Below, piece by piece: positions 12,036-22,379 of a DNA stretch of 55,616 nucleotides. A model generated the notes under the pieces. It searched no databases. It saw only the letters and a list, made by a program, of their open reading frames with translations, and was not told the origin of the DNA. Source of the DNA: Gammaproteobacteria bacterium (GTDB lineage Bacteria; Pseudomonadota; Gammaproteobacteria; UBA9214); the NCBI GenBank assembly GCA_029864225.1, contig JAOTTU010000001.1, positions 1 to 55,616 of the forward strand, in the 5' to 3' direction. Both the position numbers and the translations under genes were made by a program. Within the stretch, counting starts at the first letter, position 1, and every line of letters begins with the position of its first letter.

Positions 12036-13385
12036 ATGTCGAACGCCGATCTCGTCAAGCGCGACCTCTCGGTTCTGTGGCACCCGTGCACGCAGATGAA
12101 AGACCACGAGTGGCTGCCCGTCATTCCCGTGCGCAGCGGGAAGGGTGTGTGGCTCGAGGACTTCGAGGGCAAGCGCTACCTCGATGCCATCAGTTCCTGG
12201 TGGGTGAACCTGTTCGGACACAGCAACCCGCGCATCAATGCGGCTTTGGCAGAGCAGGCCGACACCCTGGAACACGTGCTACTGGCCGGCTTCACCCACG
12301 AGACCGTGATCGAGCTTTCCGAGCGCCTGGTGGAAATCACACCGCCGGGACTGGATCGCTGTTTCTACGCCGACAACGGTTCATCGGCCGTCGAGGTGGC
12401 GCTCAAGATGAGCTTTCATGCATGGCTGAACCAGGGCAAACCGGGCAAGACCCGCTTCGTCACCCTGGAAAACAGCTACCACGGCGAGACCCTGGGCGCA
12501 CTGGCAGTCGGCAATGTGGAACTCTACAAGCAGACCTACAGCCCGTTGCTGATGGACACCATCAGCGTACCATCACCCGACTGCTACCGGCGCGAACCGG
12601 GGGAGAGCTGGCACGACTACAGCGTACGCCGCTTCGAGGACATGGAAAGCACGCTGGCACAGCATGCGGACGAAATCTGCGCGGTGATCATTGAACCCCT
12701 GGTGCAGTGTGCCGGCAGCATGCGCATGTATGACCCCGTCTATCTCAAGCTGCTGCGCGCAGCCTGTGACCGCCACGGGGTGCACCTGATCGCCGACGAG
12801 ATCGCCGTTGGCATGGGGCGCACCGGGACACTGTTTGCCTGCGAACAGGCTGGTATCACGCCGGACTTCATGTGCCTCTCCAAAGGCCTGACCGGGGGCT
12901 ACCTGCCGCTCTCCGTGGTGCTCACGCGCAACAGCATCTATGACTTGTTCTATGATGATTACAGGAAACTGAACGCCTTCCTGCATTCCCACAGCTACAC
13001 CGGCAATCCGCTGGGCTGCCGTGCAGCACTGGCAACACTGGACATCTTCAGGGACGACAACGTGATCGAGGCAAACAAACAGCTGGCCGCTGTCATGCGC
13101 GCTGCAAGCGCATGCTTCCGGGAACACCCGCACGTGGACGAGGTCCGCCAGACCGGGATGATACTGGCTATCGAAATGGTAAAGGACAGGAACTCCCGGG
13201 AACCCTATCCCTGGGAGGAAAGGCGTGGCCTCATGGTCTACCGGCACGGACTCGAGAACGGCGTGTTGCTGCGCCCGCTGGGCAACGTCATCTACTTCAT
13301 GCCGCCCTACGTCATAACGCCTGATGAAATCCGCCTGCTCGCCGATGTCGCCTACCAGGGCATCCAGGTGGCCACCGCCAGCTGA
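12036..13385 (+). CDS. bioA: Adenosylmethionine-8-amino-7-oxononanoate aminotransferase
   Basis: 449-aa ORF; class-III aminotransferase with BioA-like N-terminus DLSVLWHPCTQMKDHE and DEIAVGMGRTG...SKGLTGGYLP around the PLP lysine. Confidence 0.9.
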   Translation: MSNADLVKRDLSVLWHPCTQMKDHEWLPVIPVRSGKGVWLEDFEGKRYLDAISSWWVNLFGHSNPRINAALAEQADTLEHVLLAGFTHETVIELSERLVEITPPGLDRCFYADNGSSAVEVALKMSFHAWLNQGKPGKTRFVTLENSYHGETLGALAVGNVELYKQTYSPLLMDTISVPSPDCYRREPGESWHDYSVRRFEDMESTLAQHADEICAVIIEPLVQCAGSMRMYDPVYLKLLRAACDRHGVHLIADEIAVGMGRTGTLFACEQAGITPDFMCLSKGLTGGYLPLSVVLTRNSIYDLFYDDYRKLNAFLHSHSYTGNPLGCRAALATLDIFRDDNVIEANKQLAAVMRAASACFREHPHVDEVRQTGMILAIEMVKDRNSREPYPWEERRGLMVYRHGLENGVLLRPLGNVIYFMPPYVITPDEIRLLADVAYQGIQVATAS

Positions 13386-13394
13386 CAACACGCG

Positions 13395-14138
13395 ATGCAC
13401 ATACCGAGAATTCTGCTCAGGGAACCGCTCGCCACAGGCAAGATCCTGGTGCTCGATGAGCAGCCGGCTCACCATGTCAGGCGCGTCCTGCGACTGCGTC
13501 TCGGCGCCGCCCTGAGGGTGTTTGATGGACAGGGCTCTGAACACGAGGCCATCCTGCACAAGATCGATCGCACCCAGGTGATGATCGAGATCGGCGCGAC
13601 AATCGCCAGCATTGCCGAGCCTCCGCATGCGATCACCCTGGCACAGGGGATCCCGCGCGGTGACAGGATGGACTTTACCCTGCAGAAGGCCGTTGAGTTG
13701 GGCATTTCCACGATTCAACCCATGTGGATGCAGCGCAGCCGCAAAAAACTGGATGAAACGCAAATGCAGAAACGCACACGGCACTGGCAAGGGGTGCTGA
13801 TCAGCGCCTGCGAGCAAAGCGGTCGGGCCACGCTGCCGGAACTGCTGGCGCCGGCCGATTACCACCGCTGGCTGGGTTCAGACCGGGTCGATGGGCTACA
13901 CATCATGCTCCACCCTGACGGCGAATACACGTTGCCTGAGCTGGAGCGGCCACGGGGCAGGATAGTGCTCCTGGTCGGGCCGGAAGGCGGGATCAGCAGC
14001 GAAGAAACAACACTGGCAACACAATCCGGCTTCTTCAGCGTCAGGCTGGGGCCGCGCATACTGCGGACCGAGACTGCCGCCATGGCGGCCCTGGCTGGAA
14101 TGCAGGCATTGTGGGGGGACTATCGAACCAGCGGCTGA
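13395..14138 (+). CDS. rsmE: 16S rRNA (uracil1498-N3)-methyltransferase
   Basis: 247-aa ORF; RsmE-like PUA N-terminus (HHVRRVLRLRLG) and a C-terminal GPEGG...LGPRILRTETA SPOUT motif. Confidence 0.88.
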   Translation: MHIPRILLREPLATGKILVLDEQPAHHVRRVLRLRLGAALRVFDGQGSEHEAILHKIDRTQVMIEIGATIASIAEPPHAITLAQGIPRGDRMDFTLQKAVELGISTIQPMWMQRSRKKLDETQMQKRTRHWQGVLISACEQSGRATLPELLAPADYHRWLGSDRVDGLHIMLHPDGEYTLPELERPRGRIVLLVGPEGGISSEETTLATQSGFFSVRLGPRILRTETAAMAALAGMQALWGDYRTSG

Positions 14139-14162
14139 CACTAGCCGGGCAGGATGACGGCT

Positions 14163-14627
14163 TCAGGCCGCAGTTTCCCAGTATTGTTCCACCAGCCCCT
14201 GGATGTAATCGAGATCCGGGATCACTGCCTGCTCGCGGCCGATGAAGACCCGGCATTGCAATGCCTCCAGGCCACACGCCTCAACCTCATCGACGAGGTT
14301 ATTGCTGAACTGGAGCGGGCGCGGTAATCCCGCAGTAACGACTGCATAGAACTGCAGTGCACTGTCAGGGCGAACTGAATTGATGATCATCAGACGCGAG
14401 TAGACCAGGTTGGCCGGCACCGGATAATCACACAACAACTCGATCGAGATCAACGGCAGGGTCTGGCCACGCCAGCTGATACTGCCAAGCATCCACTCCG
14501 GCATGTCCGAGCGCTCATCCGGGACCCGGTAGTAGCCAACCTCCGCAACCGCCGCGTTTGGCAGCAGCATATTCGCATCCCGCAAGGGGACCCAGAGACT
14601 GCGCACTTGTTCCGTTATGCCCTTCAT
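14163..14627 (-). CDS. chpC: CheW-like coupling protein downstream of chpA (ChpC-like)
   Basis: 154-aa ORF with a CheW-domain pattern (LLPNAAVAEV..., WRGQTLPLISIE). Its start overlaps the chpA stop as ATGA (14624-14627). Confidence 0.8.
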   Translation of the reverse strand: MKGITEQVRSLWVPLRDANMLLPNAAVAEVGYYRVPDERSDMPEWMLGSISWRGQTLPLISIELLCDYPVPANLVYSRLMIINSVRPDSALQFYAVVTAGLPRPLQFSNNLVDEVEACGLEALQCRVFIGREQAVIPDLDYIQGLVEQYWETAA

Positions 14628-17600
14628 CCGCTCAATGCCTCCCGATCCATAACCGGCATACCGATCAGCCGCTGGATCGTATTCAACAATTGATGTTCCT
14701 GGTAGGGCTTGCCCAGATACTCATTGACGCCGATCTGTGCTGCACGCTCCCGGTGCTTGTCACCCGTTCGCGAGGTGACCATGGTGATCGGAATATGCCT
14801 GAAGCGTTCCTCGTTACGCATGTGCGACGCCAGTTCGAAACCGTCCATGCGCGGCATCTCGATATCGAGCAGCATGATGTCAGGGACGCATTCCTGCAGC
14901 TGGCTAATGGCATCGAGCCCGTCCCGGGCCGTCACCACACTGAACCCTTGCCGTTCCAGCAACCGGGTCGTGACCTTGCGCACCGTGATCGAGTCATCAA
15001 CCACCATCACCACCAGCTTGCCGCGCCCGCCGTCCCGGGATACCCGCCCGACAGAGCGCGGCCTGCTGCCGGCACGCACCACGGCTGCCAGGTCCAGTAT
15101 CAGAACGACGCGCCCGTCACCCAGGATCGTGGCCCCCGATACCCCGTTAACTGTGCTGAGTTGCACGCCCAGCGGCTTGACAACGATTTCACGGTTTCCG
15201 ATCAGCGCCTCCACCTGCAGGGCAATTCGTTTACCGCCAATGCGGGTCAGCAGCACCGGCACACGTCCCTGCAGGGATGCAAGATCCATGGTGCGCCGGT
15301 TCAGTAATGTTGCGAGATGCTGTAGCTGGTAGTGGTTGCCGGCGTACTCGAAGGTCGTGCCCGGCATCTCGTAACAGGCCGCGAGTTCCTCGGCGCCCAC
15401 ACGGGTCACACCCTCGATGCCGCCGAGCGGGATACAATAGGTGTCGTCACCCGCCTTGACCAGCAGCGCCTGGTTGAGCGCCAGGGTATACGGCAGCCGC
15501 ACGGTGAATACACTGCCCACGCCCGGGCTGGACTCGATCAGTAATGATCCGCCGAGTTGTTTGACCTCGCTGTTGACGACATCCATGCCAACGCCGCGTC
15601 CCGATAGCTGTGTTACCTCGTTGGCAGTGCTGAAACCCGTCTGCAGGATGAACTGCATGATCTCGAAGTCCGACAGGTCCGAGGCATCTGCAATCAGGCC
15701 CCGTTCGACTGCCCGCTCATGGATCGCATCGCGGTTGAGTCCCTTGCCGTCGTCGGCAATGCGCAGCACGATCTCCGGGCCCTCCCTGTGCAACGCAATC
15801 TTGATAGTTCCCGTCTCGGGCTTGCCTGCCTTCTTGCGCTCACCGGGCATCTCGATGCCATGGTCCACGGCATTGCGCAGCATGTGCTCCAGTGGCGCGA
15901 CGATCCTGTCCACCAAGGTGCGATCCATCTCGCTTTCCGCACCCTCGAGCCTGAGTTCGACCTGTTTGCCCAGCTCCTGGGCAGACTGACGCACCACACG
16001 GCGCAAGCGCGGTGCGAGTCCAGCAAACGGGATCATACGCGTCCGTAACAGGTCTTCCTGCAGGCTGGTGTTGACGCGCGACTGCTGCAACAACAGCGTC
16101 TCGGCCTCGCGTGTCGTGCCTGCCAGCAACTCCTGGATACTGTGCAGGTCACTGATACTCTCCATCAGTGAGCGCGACAACTGCTGCAGGTTTGAATAAC
16201 GGTCCATCTCCAGCGGGTCAAAGTCCTGATTGCGGTCGCTGGACTCCTGTTCGTAGCGTGACAGGATCTGGGTTTCCGTTTCGATCTCCAGCTGACGCAG
16301 CTTGTCGCGCAGGCGGGTGGTGGTCTGCTCCAGCTCCGTCAGGTTGAACCGGTATGCACCGACCTGCTGTTCCAGCCTTGACCTGTAAATACTCATCTCA
16401 CCGGCATTGTTGACCAGGTCATCGAGCAGGCTGGCCTGCACGCGCACCTGCTCACCACGTACACGCGAGGACTTGCGCCGCTCCACGCGCCGCGGCATGA
16501 CCTCCCCCTCCACCGCAGTGTCGGTCTGCAAGGCCTGTATCACTGCCTGCTCCGCGGCCTCTGCATCGCTGACTGCATCCGCTTCCGGCTCCGCAGCAGG
16601 CGCGCGCTCGAAACACGTTTCCAGCTCCGCCTCCCGGGACTCGTTCTGGACCACGTCCCGCACCTCGACTTCGTCAGCTTCGATCCCGAAGTTGCCCAGG
16701 GCGGCCTGCAACTCCTCGATGTCAGCCGGCAGCTTCCGTGCCTTGACCTGATCGAGCAGGTTGGCCAACTGGTCATGTGCCTCCTGCAGATGTGCAAACA
16801 GGTGCTGTGACGCACCGACATGCCCGTCAACGACCCGGGTCACCAGCGACTCGATGCCGTGACTCAGATTGCCGATAGCGCAAATGTCCAACATGCGCGC
16901 CCCGCCCTTGAGTGTGTGCAGCTGACGCTGGAATTCACCGATCAACCGGGTATTGCCCGGCTCCTTTGACCAGGCACGCAGCGTCGTCTCGCTGCTGTCG
17001 ATGATTTCACCTGCCTCTTCCAGAAAAACCTCCAGCAGCTCCGGATCCAGGTCCGCATAGGGGTCGGCTGCCGCTGCGGCCGCAGCATCGACGCCAGCTT
17101 TTTGCCGTTCACCGGGCTGCGCTTGCCCGGCCTGGCGTTCGTCCTGCTGCAAACCAGCGATGCGTTCCCGCAACGACTGCAGCCCGGCGGCGTCAAACGA
17201 TTTGTCCGGCAGTCTCCCGACAAGTTCGGCCATGGTCACGACGCATGCCTGCAGGACGCCAAGGGCGACATCACTGACCGGCTCCCGGGCCTCGCGCAAC
17301 CCGGCGAAATGGACATACAGATCCTCGGCCAAATCCCGGATGGATTCCACATCCGCTGAATCAGCGATGCCGGACAGGGTATGCAGGGCGCGATACAGGG
17401 GTTCTGATACCATGCAGGGCTCACGCGCCTGTTCGCAGGTATCGATGAAAGCACTGATTGCACCGAGGTGGTCGCGGCACTCGCGCGCAAGGATTTCGAT
17501 GAATTCCGGCTCCGCTTCCTGCTCCACCTGAGCAAGCGTAGGCACGTCATTTCGGGAATCGCCGGCATCAGGGCCGCTGACGGCGGCATCCGTCCCGGCT

Positions 17601-20260
17601 TGTGCAGCGCCCTCATCCGCGGGTATCTGCAGTGCCGGTGTAGCAGGTTCACCTCGGACCAGGCTGTCAGCACCCGCCATCAGCGCGCGATAATCGCTTG
17701 CCGGCTCACTCCCGTCAGCCAGCTCGGCAATCAGCCCGGACATGGCCGCGGGGACTTGCTCGAGCAGCGCAAGGTGATCCGGGCCGACCTCGATGGAGCC
17801 GTCGATTATGCGCTTCAGAAGGTCCTCGATGGCCCAAGCAAATTCACCGATCCGCAGGGCGCCGGCCGTGCGGCCACTGCCCTTCAGGGTATGGAAGGAC
17901 CGACGTATGTCCTCCAGTTCATCCAGGTTGTCCGGATTCCCGATCCATGCGGGCAGCCTGTCCGCAATCGAAACCCGCTCCTCGCTTGCCTCTTCCAGAA
18001 AGATCTCGACGATCTCCGGGTCGGCGTCCGCGGCAAGCACCGGCAGTTCCGCCAGCGGATTCGCGGCACCGGACACACCAGCGGCAAGCGCCTCTACCGG
18101 CTGCGCAACTGTCCGTTCATACTGTCCCGCCGCTAGTATCTCCGCGCCAGGGTATGCCTGTGCCCGGGCAACCAGGTCATTGATATCCAGCTCCGCTGGC
18201 GGACCGCCCGTGACCTGCGCGAGCAGCTGCACCAAAGCCAGGCGCGCGTCCAGCAACAGGGCATCCAGCCCCTCGCTGTAGTCCACGGCGCCATCCATCA
18301 GCCGGTTGAGCAGCTGCTCGAAGGCCAAGGCAAAATCACCCAGCAGCAGAGCTCCGACCATGCGTCCATTACCCTTTAGCGAGTGAAACGCCCGCTGGAT
18401 TGATTCCAGGGCATCCGTATCGCCGGGGTTGGCAGACCATTGTGGTATCAGCTGCACAAGGCCTTGCAGTGTTTCTTCCGCCTCTTCGACGAAGATATCG
18501 AGGATTTCCCGGTCCACGTCTGTGCCTATGACCTGGGGTTCCGTGATCACCGGCACCTCTGCCACGACTACCGGACAGACAGCCGACTCGGTCTCCTCGC
18601 CGCGCAGCCTGGCCAGGCTCAGTTCCGCGACATCTAGCACCATGCCGCCGTAAAGCGGGTTTCTATCCAACTCCTCGACAAAATATTCGATACTGCAAAT
18701 GGCATCGGCCAGGCTGTCCAGCTGGGCATCCGTGGGCAACTGTGCAGCCTGCAACAGGCCTTGCGAGACATAGTCGCCGATCTGCTGCACCAGCACGGCG
18801 GCCCGCTCCTGCCCTGCAAGCTGCAAACCACCCTTGATCCGGTCGAGCAACTGCGCGACCGAGTCGAGCCCGGCAGCTTGTTGCGGTGCGCGGATGTAGT
18901 CATCGATAGCTTCCTTTGCCTGCGCCATGTCCGCAACCACCGCGTGCATCACTGCACTGACCCCGTGGCGGTAGGCATACTCCCCGTTGCCCCGCGGCTG
19001 CACGAGTCCCGGCTCACCACCCTGGATTCCATCGAGTGCCGTCTCGACGACAATCATGGCCTGTGCCACGTCCATCAGCAGCGGCTCGTCGACCGACTGG
19101 CGACCTTCGCCCAGGGCGCGAAGTCGCTGCCCCTGTTCTGCCAACACCTGGCTGGCTTCATCCAGGCCGATCATGTCGACGCTGTTGCCCAGCGCGTGGA
19201 TTTTGTCCGCGATCGGCACCAGTTCCGCCGGGTCTTGCATACCCGCACGGATGAAATCATCCAGCTGTTCCTGAATCTCCTCGAGCGCAGCCCCGGCCGC
19301 AGTCGCGGCCGTGTCCAGCAGTTCGCCGCTGCGCCCGGCCAGGCCTTCGCTCGCAGCGCCGACAGCAACTGCCGACTGGCCGGTGATCCCGCAGGTCTGC
19401 CTGATATCAACCGGACAGTCCGCGCTGCAGTCCGCCTGAATAATATGGAACAACAAGTCGCACAACAGGTCTGCGGGGATGGACTCGGAAAACGCGGGTT
19501 CACCGACCTCGATCAGGCGCTTGATCTGGCGATCGATCTGTCCGCATGTCTGCTTGATTTCGGTTGAGTCCTGCGCTCCCAGCTCCATCAGGCTCTCAAT
19601 GAGGCCGCCACTGAACCACCAGAGCCGGGCCGATGCCTCAATTACCGAGGCCTGCTGCAGGCTCGCCAGGACTGCACGCAATTCCTGTAGTCCCTGGTGC
19701 GCTTCCGCGCCCCGGTACCATTGCAGCAGGCCGGACTGGAAGCGTGGCCGCAGGTTACGGGCCAGTTCCTGCACAGTGTTCTGCCCGGTCGTCTTGTCCG
19801 GGTTGTAAACCGAAGGCGGCAGCGAACTGGTCAGGTCCGGATGAAACATGAATCTCTCGGACAACGGACCGATACCACGCACCGCACGCAATTCATTGAT
19901 GATCGGCAGCAATACGGCCGGGACCTCGTGCCGACCGTTGTCGAGCCGCGACAGGTAATCCGGCAACTGCAGGAGCGCCTGCATCAGGATCTCGAGGCCG
20001 GCCTCCCGGGGATTGACCCGTGCCTGGATCAGGGCATCAACGACACCCTCCATTTCCACGGTCAGTTGGTCCGCAGCAGTCAATTCAATCATCTGCAGGG
20101 ATCCACGCGCCTGGTGCAGATGGGCCATACAATCCAGCAGGCAATCCGGGTCCGTGGGATTTTCGGCATAGCCCTGCAGACACACACGCGCATGCTGCAG
20201 AGTCTCGGTCAGCGCCTGCCGGACCCGGCCCAGCATGCTGAAATCGACTGCCTCACTCAT
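14624..20260 (-). CDS. chpA: ChpA/PilL-type hybrid CheA histidine kinase with multiple Hpt modules, CheW domain and C-terminal receiver
   Basis: ORF 14624..20356 trimmed to the ATG at 20260 (MSEAVDFSML...), because the pilJ stop is at 20289. About 7 Hpt-like modules are present (FHSLKGNGR, FHTLKGSGR, LHTLKGGAR, HQARG and degenerate ones). HATPase boxes seen: HMLRNAVDHGIE, DDGKGL, GRGVGMD. Receiver: VMVVDDS...DIEMPRMDG. Confidence 0.93.
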   Translation of the reverse strand: MSEAVDFSMLGRVRQALTETLQHARVCLQGYAENPTDPDCLLDCMAHLHQARGSLQMIELTAADQLTVEMEGVVDALIQARVNPREAGLEILMQALLQLPDYLSRLDNGRHEVPAVLLPIINELRAVRGIGPLSERFMFHPDLTSSLPPSVYNPDKTTGQNTVQELARNLRPRFQSGLLQWYRGAEAHQGLQELRAVLASLQQASVIEASARLWWFSGGLIESLMELGAQDSTEIKQTCGQIDRQIKRLIEVGEPAFSESIPADLLCDLLFHIIQADCSADCPVDIRQTCGITGQSAVAVGAASEGLAGRSGELLDTAATAAGAALEEIQEQLDDFIRAGMQDPAELVPIADKIHALGNSVDMIGLDEASQVLAEQGQRLRALGEGRQSVDEPLLMDVAQAMIVVETALDGIQGGEPGLVQPRGNGEYAYRHGVSAVMHAVVADMAQAKEAIDDYIRAPQQAAGLDSVAQLLDRIKGGLQLAGQERAAVLVQQIGDYVSQGLLQAAQLPTDAQLDSLADAICSIEYFVEELDRNPLYGGMVLDVAELSLARLRGEETESAVCPVVVAEVPVITEPQVIGTDVDREILDIFVEEAEETLQGLVQLIPQWSANPGDTDALESIQRAFHSLKGNGRMVGALLLGDFALAFEQLLNRLMDGAVDYSEGLDALLLDARLALVQLLAQVTGGPPAELDINDLVARAQAYPGAEILAAGQYERTVAQPVEALAAGVSGAANPLAELPVLAADADPEIVEIFLEEASEERVSIADRLPAWIGNPDNLDELEDIRRSFHTLKGSGRTAGALRIGEFAWAIEDLLKRIIDGSIEVGPDHLALLEQVPAAMSGLIAELADGSEPASDYRALMAGADSLVRGEPATPALQIPADEGAAQAGTDAAVSGPDAGDSRNDVPTLAQVEQEAEPEFIEILARECRDHLGAISAFIDTCEQAREPCMVSEPLYRALHTLSGIADSADVESIRDLAEDLYVHFAGLREAREPVSDVALGVLQACVVTMAELVGRLPDKSFDAAGLQSLRERIAGLQQDERQAGQAQPGERQKAGVDAAAAAAADPYADLDPELLEVFLEEAGEIIDSSETTLRAWSKEPGNTRLIGEFQRQLHTLKGGARMLDICAIGNLSHGIESLVTRVVDGHVGASQHLFAHLQEAHDQLANLLDQVKARKLPADIEELQAALGNFGIEADEVEVRDVVQNESREAELETCFERAPAAEPEADAVSDAEAAEQAVIQALQTDTAVEGEVMPRRVERRKSSRVRGEQVRVQASLLDDLVNNAGEMSIYRSRLEQQVGAYRFNLTELEQTTTRLRDKLRQLEIETETQILSRYEQESSDRNQDFDPLEMDRYSNLQQLSRSLMESISDLHSIQELLAGTTREAETLLLQQSRVNTSLQEDLLRTRMIPFAGLAPRLRRVVRQSAQELGKQVELRLEGAESEMDRTLVDRIVAPLEHMLRNAVDHGIEMPGERKKAGKPETGTIKIALHREGPEIVLRIADDGKGLNRDAIHERAVERGLIADASDLSDFEIMQFILQTGFSTANEVTQLSGRGVGMDVVNSEVKQLGGSLLIESSPGVGSVFTVRLPYTLALNQALLVKAGDDTYCIPLGGIEGVTRVGAEELAACYEMPGTTFEYAGNHYQLQHLATLLNRRTMDLASLQGRVPVLLTRIGGKRIALQVEALIGNREIVVKPLGVQLSTVNGVSGATILGDGRVVLILDLAAVVRAGSRPRSVGRVSRDGGRGKLVVMVVDDSITVRKVTTRLLERQGFSVVTARDGLDAISQLQECVPDIMLLDIEMPRMDGFELASHMRNEERFRHIPITMVTSRTGDKHRERAAQIGVNEYLGKPYQEHQLLNTIQRLIGMPVMDREALSG

Positions 20261-20288
20261 AGGGTTTCCCGGGCTGTACCGATCACTT

Positions 20289-22304
20289 TTATGACTGCGG
20301 AAGTTTGAAACCGGCAACCGATTTGCCGAGATCTTGTGCCAGCCGGCTGAGTTCATCGATGGACCTCGAGGTGTGGTCCGCGCCCGTGGATGTTTGCGTG
20401 GTTATGTCCTGGATACCGTTCATGGTCTTCGATATCTCCGCCGCGGCACCGGCCTGCTGCCGGGCAGCGCCAGAGATGGTCTGAATCAGATCGGCCAGCT
20501 GCTCGGATACATTCTCGATCTCTTCCAGCGCACCGCCGGCATCTTCCGCCAGCTGCGCACCATTGACCACACCCGTGGTGCTCTTCTCCATGGAAATGAC
20601 CGCTTCGTTGGTATCGGCCTGAATGGTCTTGACCAGCGCCTCGATCTGCTTGGTTGCATTGGCGGAACGTTCGGCCAGGCGCTGGACCTCGTCCGCGACC
20701 ACTGCGAAGCCGCGTCCCGCCTCGCCCGCCATGGCCGCCTGTATCGAGGCATTGAGGGCAAGGATATTCGTCTGTTCAGCGATATCGTTGATCAGCTCGA
20801 CAATATCGCCAATCTCCTGCGAGCTCTCACCCAGCCGCTTGATCCGTTTCGATGTCTCCTGGATATGCTCGCGAATCGTGTCCATACCTTCCATGGTGCG
20901 CTTCACGGCATTGCCGCCCTTCTTGGCGATCTCGACTGACTGCATTGCAACCTTGGAGGACTCGCTGGCATCGCTGGACACCTCGTTCAGGGAGGCCGCC
21001 ATCTTGTTGATGGCAGAGCCGGCCGAGGTAATATCACTGGACTGCTGCATGCTTGCCGCCGATAACTGTTGTGCGATGTTTTCGGTCTCGTGCACGGAGG
21101 AAGACATCTGCTTGGCCGTATCGTTGATGGTCTTAACCAGGCCGCGCAGCGAGTCAACCGTCACATTGATCGAGTCGGCAATCGCACCCGTATAATCCTC
21201 GGTGATCGTGGCACGCACCGTCAGGTCACCCTCCGCCAGGGCCCCCATTTCGTCCAGCAGGCGCTGGATGGCTTCCTGGGTACGGGCATTTTCACCTGCC
21301 ACTACCTTGTTGCTGCGACGCTGGGTGCGCATGGTTTCGATGCCGATCCAGAGGAGCACCAGCAGCACGACGGCAGCGAGCAGGTAGACCAGCTCCGTAG
21401 ACAGCAGACGACTGCCCACCGAAACGGTATAGGCGTCCTTGAGACCAGTTGTCGCCGCGTAGAGTTGCTCATGCTGAGCGGCAAGCGCGCCGAGCGCACC
21501 CTGGATGCCTGCCAGTTCGGCACTGTTGTCGGCAACCACGCCGGCATGCTCCTTGACCTGGCTGAACAGCGTGGACATCTTGCGCAACTGTGCCTGCGCC
21601 GAGTCGCTATTCACGGACTGGATACCATTAGTGCCATTGATCAGGCCGGCAAGCACACGGCCGAATTCCCGGGTGTCGGCCGCAAAGCCAATGGCGGCCG
21701 CCTGTGCGTCGGCGCCACTCACCAGTCTGTTTATAGTGTTGACCATTCTCTCGCCAAGAACGGACTGGCGGCTGGCATGACCGACCTGGGAGGCACTGGC
21801 CCCGTTCTTCACCAGGCTGCCCACCACACTCTCATTGAGTTCGATGATCTGCGGCATGACATCATTGATGACCTTTGCCACCTCGGCCACGGACATGATC
21901 AAAGCCTGTTCTTCGATGATCAGTGCAACACCCTGGTCAAAGGCGTCCCAGCTGGACCGCAAGCGCGTGTAGGCCTCGGGCAGGCCAGTGCCACCGGTAA
22001 GCTGGCGGTGCTCGAACTTGCCGCGCTGCTCATCGAGCAGCTGGCGGAAGTGCTCTCTTGACCTGGCCAGCCATTCGAAGGCCTGATGATTGCCGCTGAT
22101 GGCAGACTCGACATTCGCCGCCATACGCTGTGACAGCACCTGCTGTTCACCGAACGCAACAAGATTTTGCTGATCAGTCTCCGCCTGTTTGCTGACGTGA
22201 ACAAAGATACCCACCAGCGCACAGGCAGCGAATAACATGGTAAATACCAGAAACTTTATCCAGTTACTGGAACCCGGCGACCCTACATCGAATAGTGCTT
22301 TCAT
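20289..22304 (-). CDS. pilJ: Methyl-accepting chemotaxis protein PilJ
   Basis: ORF 20289..22379 trimmed to the ATG at 22304 (MKALFDV...), which has an AGGAGA RBS about 8 nt upstream. Contains an N-terminal TM segment, a second TM, a HAMP and the MCP signalling core (EQTNILALNASIQAAMAGEAGRGFAVVADEVQRLAERS). Confidence 0.92.
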   Translation of the reverse strand: MKALFDVGSPGSSNWIKFLVFTMLFAACALVGIFVHVSKQAETDQQNLVAFGEQQVLSQRMAANVESAISGNHQAFEWLARSREHFRQLLDEQRGKFEHRQLTGGTGLPEAYTRLRSSWDAFDQGVALIIEEQALIMSVAEVAKVINDVMPQIIELNESVVGSLVKNGASASQVGHASRQSVLGERMVNTINRLVSGADAQAAAIGFAADTREFGRVLAGLINGTNGIQSVNSDSAQAQLRKMSTLFSQVKEHAGVVADNSAELAGIQGALGALAAQHEQLYAATTGLKDAYTVSVGSRLLSTELVYLLAAVVLLVLLWIGIETMRTQRRSNKVVAGENARTQEAIQRLLDEMGALAEGDLTVRATITEDYTGAIADSINVTVDSLRGLVKTINDTAKQMSSSVHETENIAQQLSAASMQQSSDITSAGSAINKMAASLNEVSSDASESSKVAMQSVEIAKKGGNAVKRTMEGMDTIREHIQETSKRIKRLGESSQEIGDIVELINDIAEQTNILALNASIQAAMAGEAGRGFAVVADEVQRLAERSANATKQIEALVKTIQADTNEAVISMEKSTTGVVNGAQLAEDAGGALEEIENVSEQLADLIQTISGAARQQAGAAAEISKTMNGIQDITTQTSTGADHTSRSIDELSRLAQDLGKSVAGFKLPQS

Positions 22305-22379
22305 GGCCTGTCTCCTGACAGATTTATCTCCAACTCGAATAACTTCATTGCCGGCGAACGGACTGTCCGGCGCATTCAA

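Noticed and set aside
12573-13865. 430-aa minus-strand ORF antisense to bioA/rsmE
   Set aside because: Same reasoning: antisense to well-supported genes, Arg/Ala/Gly-rich, spans a gene junction and has no domain signature.
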